From Bacteroidales bacterium (GTDB lineage: Bacteria; Bacteroidota; Bacteroidia; Bacteroidales; UBA1715), in NCBI GenBank assembly GCA_024402335.1, contig JAKSTZ010000001.1, positions 93,989 through 157,988 of the forward strand: a stretch of DNA of 64,000 nucleotides. The letters run 5' to 3'. Shown here piece by piece: positions 1-6,777 of this stretch. Numbering within the stretch: the stretch's first letter is position 1; every line of letters begins with the position of its first letter. The notes under the pieces were generated by a model, which saw only the letters and a list, made by a program, of their open reading frames with translations, searched no databases and was not told the DNA's origin. Both the position numbers and the translations under genes were made by a program.

Positions 1-651
1 GACAAATGTAATTGGAGGATTTTCCGCAAACCCTCCAGGATCACCTATATATTGAGCAAAAGCCCAAACAACCGGATATGTTCCATCAACATAGACATCA
101 GGTTGCGCGTCGTGTTCTACAAAAAACAAAATAAAAGAAAGAATTATCGTTACGATAAATAAAAATTGCAACGACACCCACAATTCCATTTTCTTTGAAT
201 TAATAGCTTCTGAAAGCAAGCGGAACGATTTCATATAACGGAATATTCTAAACAAGCGGGCGATTCTCAGTGTTTTGAGAACCGTGTATGGAATATTCAT
301 CACAAAATTCAAATAGAATGGATAGGTAGAAAGAATGTCTATCAAGCCATAAAAGCTAAAGCAATAGCGAACTCTCCCCAAAAAACCTTTGTATTTTTCA
401 TCCAATAAATCTGCACACCAAATACGAAGTGATACTTCCACAGTAAAAACTACGGTTGTGAACACATCAACCCAATGCAAAAGCCGTCCATATTTTTCAA
501 CCACTCCATCGAATGTTGAAAGAAAAACCTCAACTGTACTAATAATTATTAATGCAATTATAGTGTAGTCAACTATATTGTGCCATTGTTTTGTATGCAA
601 ATCATCGTCGAATACACGCGATAGTTCTTGCTTAATTTCTTGTATGTTCAT
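1..651 (-). CDS. Ion transport protein (voltage-gated cation channel superfamily), 5' part only; the C-terminus lies beyond the window start
   Basis: My own minus-strand translation from ATG 649-651 gives MNIQEIKQELSRVFDDDLHTKQWHNIVDYTIIALIIISTVEVF... It has several hydrophobic helices and an S4-like Arg ladder (TLRIARLFRIFRYMKSFR). The frame stays open to nt 1. It is absent from the ORF track because it is truncated. Confidence 0.7.
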   Translation of the reverse strand, partial: MNIQEIKQELSRVFDDDLHTKQWHNIVDYTIIALIIISTVEVFLSTFDGVVEKYGRLLHWVDVFTTVVFTVEVSLRIWCADLLDEKYKGFLGRVRYCFSFYGLIDILSTYPFYLNFVMNIPYTVLKTLRIARLFRIFRYMKSFRLLSEAINSKKMELWVSLQFLFIVTIILSFILFFVEHDAQPDVYVDGTYPVVWAFAQYIGDPGGFAENPPITFV

Positions 652-717
652 TTTCCCTAATCAAAAACACTCCTAAAAAAAAGATTGACTCTTTTTTAAA
701 TTAGCTGTATAATTGGA

Positions 718-1056
718 TTAACGTTTAATCCAACTTAAGCCTTTATTTGTTGAACGATACAGCCCTTTACTTGTAGTAGCAATAATTTCATTCCCAGTTA
801 CCATTAAGCTATGGAAATCGCCGCACGAAGTTCCTGTATATCTTGACATCCAAGACAAGCCTTTATTTGTCGAATAATAAATACCCTTACTTGTGGCAGC
901 AATAATATCTGTTCCGTAAACAATCAAGTCACGAAATTCGCCACACGAAGAACCAGTATAACGTCGGTTCCACGTTATACCTTTATTGATAGAATACTCT
1001 ATCCCTTTGTCACTGTAACGAATAATTTCGTTACCATAATTAATCATTTGAGGCAT
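718..1056 (-). CDS. Hypothetical protein built from 2.65 copies of a 40-aa repeat (degenerate BNR/Asp-box-like S-x-N-K-G-x-x-W, beta-propeller blade-like)
   Basis: The ORF track protein shows YGxxII..SKGIxYSxNKGxxW..RYTGxSCGxF repeated three times. The DNA motif aagcctttatttgt recurs at 737 and 857 (120-bp period). Confidence 0.6.
   Translation of the reverse strand: MPQMINYGNEIIRYSDKGIEYSINKGITWNRRYTGSSCGEFRDLIVYGTDIIAATSKGIYYSTNKGLSWMSRYTGTSCGDFHSLMVTGNEIIATTSKGLYRSTNKGLSWIKR
718..1056 (-). repeat. In-frame 120-bp tandem repeat (about 2.65 copies) within the CDS
   Basis: DNA-level similarity between the units starting near 737, 857 and 977; the protein repeat is 40 aa. Confidence 0.7.
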
Positions 1057-1064
1057 AGGTGTGA

Positions 1065-1307
1065 TTATTTTTCTCGTTTCATGCTCTCCTTTGCTGATTC
1101 AATCTGCTTTTTGTAAGACTCAATATGTCTATCATGAGTTGCAGCATGATCAACCTTTGATTTTCTATAAGATGCTTTAGAAGAAGGAGTGCTTGCAGTT
1201 TTTATCATCTTAGCATAATATTCGTTATCTTTTTTCTTTGCGTCCTTTTCTTTTTGCATAGCAGCACGCAAGTCTATAATTTTCTTTCTGTAATATTCTT
1301 TACTCAT
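1065..1307 (-). CDS. Hypothetical lysine-rich, probably coiled-coil protein (80 aa from the ATG)
   Basis: The track ORF 1065..1391 starts at a TTG. The first ATG (1305-1307) gives MSKEYYRKKIIDLRAAMQKEKDAKKKDNEYY... Charged low-complexity sequence with no recognised domain. Confidence 0.45.
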   Translation of the reverse strand: MSKEYYRKKIIDLRAAMQKEKDAKKKDNEYYAKMIKTASTPSSKASYRKSKVDHAATHDRHIESYKKQIESAKESMKREK

Positions 1308-1425
1308 AAATTTAATTAATCTAATATTTCTACAATAAGCGCAATGGCCAATGGGAAAAGGAAAAATTGTATCATGTTTCCAATAACACAACCAACCTTA
1401 TTTTCAAACAAATCTAATTACTTAC

Positions 1426-1806
1426 TTATTTATTAATCTCGTCAATAAGTTTTGAGCCAAATTGGCGAGTATTCCAATTAGGATCTGCCGTGAAGCCAAT
1501 GTTTTCTGCAATGGTACGCAAGGCTTCTATCGTGTTATCGTATGTTCGATAGGTTTCTATTCCACCGTCTGCTTTTACAGTAATGAAATAGTTTCCTATT
1601 TCAGCAGACTTACCATCGCCAAATTCTTTACAAAGTTTGCTACCAAATTGACGAGTGTTCCATTTCGTGTCATACTCAAAACCTTTTACTTCTGCGACTT
1701 CGCGCAAACTTGCTATTACATTATCGAAAATTCGATACACTACTATGCTACCACTATCTTCTACTGTGATTACATACTCTCCTGAAATTGCAGATTTTTT
1801 TGCCAT
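1426..1806 (-). CDS. Hypothetical protein with an internal duplication of a ~62-aa domain ending in WNTRQFGSKL
   Basis: Residues 9-70 and 71-126 align (xYxITVxxxGxIxxYRxxDNxIxxLRxxAExxGFxxDxxWNTRQFGSKL). ATG at 1804-1806. Confidence 0.6.
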   Translation of the reverse strand: MAKKSAISGEYVITVEDSGSIVVYRIFDNVIASLREVAEVKGFEYDTKWNTRQFGSKLCKEFGDGKSAEIGNYFITVKADGGIETYRTYDNTIEALRTIAENIGFTADPNWNTRQFGSKLIDEINK

Positions 1807-1817
1807 AATATTTACCT

Positions 1818-2636
1818 TTAATTACACAATTCTTTTGCTAACTCAAAAAGTGATTTCAACACTGGCTTTTCTTTCAAAAATTTCATTTTTGTCAAATCAT
1901 ATTTTGAAAAGTCAAAACCCTTTTCATTAAACTCACAACCATATTTCTTATACTCTTCCATAGTAAGTATAAGAGAAAGATTTCCTCTTAGAATCTTACC
2001 TGTATGCCACAGCAACCGATCAAGCGAATCGTATGTTAATTCTTTAGGATTACCTAATTTCTTTTTCAACAAGTCTATTGCCTCAACAAATGCGATAATA
2101 TTATCCACCATACTCGTCATTTTAGGCATCTCTTTTTTAGGCAATCCACAATAACTCCATAACAACGGATACATTTCCCGAACTATAGAATCATAAATAG
2201 GGAACTGATAATTAGTTTCAAAATATGCATACTTTGTAATAAGCGAAAGAGCATGTCCTTTATCCCTACCATCCTTTCCTATTCCATAATTTTCTGTAAA
2301 AAGCTTCTTTTCTTCACCGTTGTAAACAACAGTAAATTTTTCTACATCTTTGTCTTTTAGAAAAGTCAAAAACATATCCGATAGTTTTTGCTTCTCCTGC
2401 AGTTTGGCAAGAACCTCTGCCAATTCTTCTAAACCGTAATATCTTCGTCCCATTTGGGTAGAATACATACTATCAATTAAAGTTAACCGTGCAAGAATAT
2501 TCTCTACATTATCTCCCTTAATTGATTCAAAAACTTTTCTAATAGTATTCTTCCCTGTTACATAGCCAGAACTTTCTTCTCCTGCTTTCTCAAAAGAAGA
2601 AAGAATATTTAATATTTTATCAGTGTTTGTCATCAT
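1818..2636 (-). CDS. Hypothetical protein (272 aa), no recognised domain
   Basis: Long ORF, 11 nt upstream of the next gene, same strand as the rest of the cluster. Starts with ATGATG at 2631-2636. Confidence 0.6.
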   Translation of the reverse strand: MMTNTDKILNILSSFEKAGEESSGYVTGKNTIRKVFESIKGDNVENILARLTLIDSMYSTQMGRRYYGLEELAEVLAKLQEKQKLSDMFLTFLKDKDVEKFTVVYNGEEKKLFTENYGIGKDGRDKGHALSLITKYAYFETNYQFPIYDSIVREMYPLLWSYCGLPKKEMPKMTSMVDNIIAFVEAIDLLKKKLGNPKELTYDSLDRLLWHTGKILRGNLSLILTMEEYKKYGCEFNEKGFDFSKYDLTKMKFLKEKPVLKSLFELAKELCN

Positions 2637-2644
2637 TCTTTCAT

Positions 2645-2673
2645 AAAAGCCGACGCAGAAATGCGTCGGCTTT
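2645..2673 (-). terminator. Rho-independent terminator-like hairpin
   Basis: Stem GCCGACGCA (2649-2657) / TGCGTCGGC (2662-2670), loop GAAA, flanked by an A-run and a T-run. It lies directly downstream of the minus-strand gene 2678..2992. Confidence 0.7.
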
Positions 2674-2677
2674 ATAA

Positions 2678-2992
2678 TTATTTACCTGCTTGAACAAGTG
2701 TTGCATCGTTGTCGGCAAGTTTAGTGTCGTCAGCATTTGCTACTTGAACACCAATACCCCACATTTCAACGAATTCAGTTTCGAAATTGCCTACGCGTTT
2801 AGCACCTCCAACTGTAAGTTCGCCACCTTTTGCACCTTCAGCACGAATTGACGCTAATGTAGCTGCGTCATCTGCCATTTTACCTTTGCATGATGGACTC
2901 ATGTAAACACGAAGAGAACTTCCAAATGCTTTTTTGAACTCTTCTTTCAACTTGCGTACTGTTGTACGACCACTGATTTTTAAATCTGCCAT
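2678..2992 (-). CDS. Hypothetical protein (104 aa)
   Basis: ORF followed by a strong hairpin terminator; no recognised motif. Confidence 0.55.
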   Translation of the reverse strand: MADLKISGRTTVRKLKEEFKKAFGSSLRVYMSPSCKGKMADDAATLASIRAEGAKGGELTVGGAKRVGNFETEFVEMWGIGVQVANADDTKLADNDATLVQAGK

Positions 2993-3028
2993 AACTATTT
3001 ATTTTTATTATTACTTTTTTTATTTTTC

Positions 3029-3187
3029 TTATTTCTTTTTTTTGCTTAAAACAGAAGAATTTTTCTTCTTACCTGTTGTATCTACAATACCTAAAGTGGC
3101 TATTTTGAGAGCTTTTTTAACCGCCTTAACATCTTTACGACGATCATCTAACAAGCCACTATCTTTCCCTTTTGTAAAAAATCCCAT
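3029..3187 (-). CDS. Possible small basic protein (52 aa), below the ORF-track length cut-off
   Basis: My own translation: MGFFTKGKDSGLLDDRRKDVKAVKKALKIATLGIVDTTGKKKNSSVLSKKKK*. The ATG is 6 nt after the stop of the upstream gene, and the ORF fills an otherwise empty gap in the operon. Confidence 0.3.
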   Translation of the reverse strand: MGFFTKGKDSGLLDDRRKDVKAVKKALKIATLGIVDTTGKKKNSSVLSKKKK

Positions 3188-3193
3188 CTTCTA

Positions 3194-3460
3194 TTATTTA
3201 AATAATCGTTTTAATTTATTCTTGAAACTATTTTTAGCCTTTCGAGCCTCTGCCATTCGAGCAGCAGCAGCTTTTCCTTCTTTTGTTCGTTGGTCTAAAT
3301 GACCGTCGGCACGACGAGTAGAAGACGAAGATTTTTTTATTGTAGGTTTACTTTTTGTCGTTTTCTGAGCCGCACGTGCTTTTTTTGCACGTTCAACCAT
3401 TTCTTTATATTCTTTGGTACGTTTGTCAACTTTACCAGATGCTGTTTTTTGTATCGCCAT
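3194..3460 (-). CDS. Hypothetical highly basic (Lys/Arg/Ala-rich) protein, 88 aa
   Basis: ORF track protein MAIQKTASGKVDKRTKEYKEMVERAKKARAAQKTTKSK... Histone-H1-like composition, no defined domain. Confidence 0.5.
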   Translation of the reverse strand: MAIQKTASGKVDKRTKEYKEMVERAKKARAAQKTTKSKPTIKKSSSSTRRADGHLDQRTKEGKAAAARMAEARKAKNSFKNKLKRLFK

Positions 3461-3478
3461 AGTTCTATAAATTAATGG

Positions 3479-3883
3479 TTATTCTTCTATTATTAAATCT
3501 TCTTCTTCATCAACAAATTCATCAAGGATTGATGATGCTGTTGTTTCATCAACGCCAAGAATTTCAGCGAAGGCAAAAAAGTTCTCCATCTCATCTGTCG
3601 CCAAAAATGCATCTGCACACATCATTTGTAGACATAATGTCAAAACTCCTTCTTTTTCTTCATTATCAACTTGTTTTGCTGCTTCCTCAAGACATGATGC
3701 TAATTCATCTTCTGTCATTTTTTCTGTTGCCTTTATTGCATTTTCCAAGTCAGCACCTAACGTTTTTACGTCAAGAATTTCTCCTACTTGTGCAACAAAT
3801 TCTTTTTCAAATTCATCATATTCGCCATCTGCCCATACAGCAGCAGCAAGAAATGACGACAATGTTTTAGAGCTTGTTTTCAT
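3479..3883 (-). CDS. TerB-like (tellurite-resistance TerB / DjlA-N type) acidic helical protein
   Basis: The pattern AAAVWADGEYDEFEKEFV...LCLQMMCADAFLATDEMENFFAFAEILG resembles the two-lobed TerB helical domain; very acidic C-terminus. Assignment is by motif resemblance only. Confidence 0.5.
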   Translation of the reverse strand: MKTSSKTLSSFLAAAVWADGEYDEFEKEFVAQVGEILDVKTLGADLENAIKATEKMTEDELASCLEEAAKQVDNEEKEGVLTLCLQMMCADAFLATDEMENFFAFAEILGVDETTASSILDEFVDEEEDLIIEE

Positions 3884-3895
3884 TTGTTTCTATAT

Positions 3896-4816
3896 TTATT
3901 CTATTACTATAAATTCTGTTCTTCTATTCACATTTGATTCTGGATTGGCAGCATCTTTTAGTTCACTGCTTCCCTTTCCTTCCCACTGTAAACGGTCTTG
4001 GGAAATTCCTTGAGAAATCAAGAAATCAACAGCTGCTTTCGCACGACCCTCCGAAAGTTTTTGGTTAAATTTAGCATCACCTTCAGCAGATGTGTGACCA
4101 ACAATTTTTAATTTAATTTGTTGTTGTTTACCCATCAATGTTGCCAAGTCATGAAGTACAAACTTTGAAGCATCAGACAAATCTGTTTTTCCTTTTTCAA
4201 ACTCTGCAGCATTAAAGTTCTTTTCTATTTCTTCAATTTGTTGTACATATACTGTATCTACTACCGTTACTATTTTCTCAACAACTTGTGGTTCTTTATT
4301 ACAACTACGCATTAACAACAATGCTAAAATTGCAATCACAATTGCAGCACCTATTAAAATCCATAACCAAGTTTTTGATTTAGTTGGTACAGGTGGAACA
4401 TAGCCATTAAGATATTCAAGACGCCAACCGCCTTTTTCTCCCTTTACACCTTTTTCAAATTCGGCAATTTCTATATCATACGATTTTGCATGAGAAACCA
4501 ATCTATCAAAACTAGGTTTTGTCCACATGCGTACAACTGCGAATTTTATACCATCACTAGATGTCATATATTCTTCTGGCTCAACAAAGTATCCTTGACC
4601 TTGTGTATACCATGCGTCTCCTGCTGCAACATGTTCTTGAATTTCTTTCTCCGTAAGAAAAATATTTTTTGATCCACAATCTGGATTTATCTCATTAGGA
4701 AAAGATTTCTTGAAATCCTCATAGGTTGCTTGAGGGAACATTACTTGATACGCATTGATAATTCCCAATGCTGTTCGGTTTTGTGCTTTTCCGTAAACTC
4801 TTACTTTGCTTGGCAT
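3896..4816 (-). CDS. OmpA/MotB-family peptidoglycan-binding protein with an unknown ~150-aa N-terminal domain and one TM helix
   Basis: The C-terminus KIVGHTSAEGDAKFNQKLSEGRAKAAVDFLISQGISQDRLQWEGKGSSEL...NRRTEFIVIE is a classic OmpA_C-like motif. TM segment: TWLWILIGAAIVIAILALLLM. Confidence 0.8.
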   Translation of the reverse strand: MPSKVRVYGKAQNRTALGIINAYQVMFPQATYEDFKKSFPNEINPDCGSKNIFLTEKEIQEHVAAGDAWYTQGQGYFVEPEEYMTSSDGIKFAVVRMWTKPSFDRLVSHAKSYDIEIAEFEKGVKGEKGGWRLEYLNGYVPPVPTKSKTWLWILIGAAIVIAILALLLMRSCNKEPQVVEKIVTVVDTVYVQQIEEIEKNFNAAEFEKGKTDLSDASKFVLHDLATLMGKQQQIKLKIVGHTSAEGDAKFNQKLSEGRAKAAVDFLISQGISQDRLQWEGKGSSELKDAANPESNVNRRTEFIVIE

Positions 4817-4972
4817 ATTTTTATATTTTTTTAATTAAACTTCCACATTACAAACAAACATCTTTTCGCAACCTTTTCAAAAGTCCTTTTTAGTCCTTTT
4901 CTAAATCTGTAAGCAATCATTATGTAACAAAATCTGCCTCAAGAGCCTGATTAAGATGTTGCAGACAAAGTA

Positions 4973-4988
4973 TTATCATTTATGATAA
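4973..4988. promoter_or_regulatory. Palindromic operator candidate TTATCA-TTTA-TGATAA (copy 1)
   Basis: Exact 16-nt sequence ttatcatttatgataa; 6-bp inverted arms; lies in the divergent intergenic region. Confidence 0.55.
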
Positions 4989-5039
4989 TGCAAATATATA
5001 ATTTTTTCAGGGAAATACAAACAAATCATACCGAGAAAC

Positions 5040-5055
5040 TTATCATTTATGATAA
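5040..5055. promoter_or_regulatory. Palindromic operator candidate TTATCA-TTTA-TGATAA (copy 2)
   Basis: Identical 16-mer 67 bp from copy 1, 28-52 nt upstream of the XRE gene start candidates. Confidence 0.55.
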
Positions 5056-5082
5056 TAAACAAGCGGTAATAAACTTGTTCAT

Positions 5083-5328
5083 TTGAACAATTCAAATTGT
5101 TTTACCGTGAACGAAGCAGATTTGTATAAAAAAATCGGACAACGAATTAAGTTTTTACGAGAGCAGGAAGGCATTTCACAACATGAACTTGCGCTTCGTT
5201 GCGATTTTGAGACATCAAATATGTGCAGAATCGAATCAGGGAAAACTAATCTTACCGTAAAAACAATTGCCACAATAGCAAAGGCTCTGGAACTTCCATT
5301 TTATAGAATCACTGAAGGGATAAAATAG
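5083..5328 (+). CDS. XRE-family helix-turn-helix transcriptional regulator
   Basis: LYKKIGQRIKFLREQEGISQHELALRCDFETSNMCRIESGKTNLTVKTIATIAKAL is a canonical HTH_XRE pattern. There is no in-frame ATG before the HTH, so the start is TTG 5083 or GVG-type GTG 5107. Confidence 0.8.
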   Translation: MNNSNCFTVNEADLYKKIGQRIKFLREQEGISQHELALRCDFETSNMCRIESGKTNLTVKTIATIAKALELPFYRITEGIK

Positions 5329-5338
5329 ATATATAGTG

Positions 5339-6637
5339 TTATAACCGTTTCAAATAAGGAATAAAAGCATATAAAGGTACATTCACCAAATTTTCTTGCT
5401 CAATCATATTCTTCATAGAAATTCGTACAGCCTTTAAATTTGGATTTTTTTGTAGAAAAGCTTTTAATGATTTTGCATGAACATTTTCTTCTGCTTTTAC
5501 TTCTATCGGGAAAACATTCATTGTACCTTGAATCACAAAATCTAGTTCTTTATGAGCGTCGTCAGAGGAATAATAAAAAGGATTCATTTTATTGGAAATC
5601 ATTTGAGTTGCCACAAACAATTCTGTGAACATACCTTTATATTCAGAAAAAATATTATTATTAACCAACATTGATTCAGCAGAAGTGTCCGCGAGAGCAC
5701 CCATTAAACCTACATCTATCAAAAAAAGCTTAAAGGCTCCCATATCCTCATAGAATTTTAATGGCATCTTAACAACAGAAACTCTATTTACTTTATATAT
5801 CAAACCTGCATCAATGAGCCATTGAATTGCCAATTCAAATTCCGAGGCTCTTGCACCATGTTTTAATGCACCATAAACAAATTTTTTATTTTCTTTTGAC
5901 AACTGCGATGGTATGGAATTCCAAACCAAATTGATTCGAGGAACCAAAGACTGTGGAGCATGTTTCGAAAAATCTCTTGAATAATCAAATAAAATCTGAT
6001 TTTGTAACGTCCGAACTTTAGTTAGTTCCCTAGTTTCCACAAACTGTTTTACAACTGCTGGCATACCACCCACATAATAATACATACGCAGTAATTCTTG
6101 CAATTCAGTAGAAAGAAGATTTAAGACTTCGTAATTTTCTTGCATAATTACTTCGACATACTTTGTCTTACCATTTGCTTCCAGAAACTCACAGAAATCC
6201 ATAGGGAACATTCTAATCATATCAATCTTACCAACAGGAAACGAGATATTGTTATGTAAAGATATTCCCAATAACGAACCTGCAACAGCTACAAAATATT
6301 CGGAAGCATCCTCTGAAAAGTATTTCAAAGCTTCTAAAGCTTTGGGACAATCTTGAATTTCATCTAAGACGATAAGAGTATCTTTAGGTGTTATATCAAC
6401 ACCCGATATTGCCGAAAGAGAAAGTATTATGGAGTGAATATCAGTAGTATTCTCAAAGATAGAGCGTACACTCAACTCTCTATCTAGAGAAAAGAAGGCT
6501 AATTTTTTAAATTCAGATTTTCCAAACTCCTTTAAAATGTATGTTTTTCCTATTTGTCGAGCCCCACTTAAAACCAATGGTTTTCTACCTTCACTCAATT
6601 TCCACTGTATCAAATCATTATAAACACTCCTATACAT
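5339..6637 (-). CDS. AAA+ ATPase of the AAA_14 / DUF4143 type
   Basis: Walker A GARQIGKT and Walker B-like LIVLDEIQ. The 432-aa length and C-terminal region are typical of the Bacteroidales 'ATP-binding protein' family. Confidence 0.8.
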   Translation of the reverse strand: MYRSVYNDLIQWKLSEGRKPLVLSGARQIGKTYILKEFGKSEFKKLAFFSLDRELSVRSIFENTTDIHSIILSLSAISGVDITPKDTLIVLDEIQDCPKALEALKYFSEDASEYFVAVAGSLLGISLHNNISFPVGKIDMIRMFPMDFCEFLEANGKTKYVEVIMQENYEVLNLLSTELQELLRMYYYVGGMPAVVKQFVETRELTKVRTLQNQILFDYSRDFSKHAPQSLVPRINLVWNSIPSQLSKENKKFVYGALKHGARASEFELAIQWLIDAGLIYKVNRVSVVKMPLKFYEDMGAFKLFLIDVGLMGALADTSAESMLVNNNIFSEYKGMFTELFVATQMISNKMNPFYYSSDDAHKELDFVIQGTMNVFPIEVKAEENVHAKSLKAFLQKNPNLKAVRISMKNMIEQENLVNVPLYAFIPYLKRL

Positions 6638-6643
6638 AATAAT

Positions 6644-6775
6644 TACATTTTTCGTGATGATATTTCACAACAAATATACACTTTTCGTAACAAGTTTAGT
6701 ATAGAACAACACATTTTTCGTTAGGAGTTTTATACAAAAAAATACACTTTTCGTTAGGAATAATTGGTATTACCT
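6644..6775 (-). repeat. Four iteron-like direct repeats, core (T/C)ACA(T/C)TTTTCGT on the plus strand, at exact 33-bp spacing
   Basis: Cores start at 6644, 6677, 6710 and 6743. The spacers are only weakly similar. The repeats lie between the ATPase start (6637) and the kinase stop (6778). Confidence 0.7.
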
Positions 6776-6777
6776 TT

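Noticed and set aside
1308-1391. N-terminal extension of ORF 1065..1391 (TTG start, MCYWKHDTIFPFPIGHCAYC...)
   Set aside because: The extension starts at a non-ATG codon and has a composition unlike the rest of the protein. The ATG at 1307 gives a coherent Lys-rich protein. The extension cannot be fully excluded.
2934-3870. Plus-strand ORFs 2934-3302 (122 aa) and 3475-3870 (131 aa)
   Set aside because: They are antisense to the tightly packed minus-strand cluster. Their translations are poly-F/L/Q low complexity, the mirror image of the Lys/Glu-rich genes.
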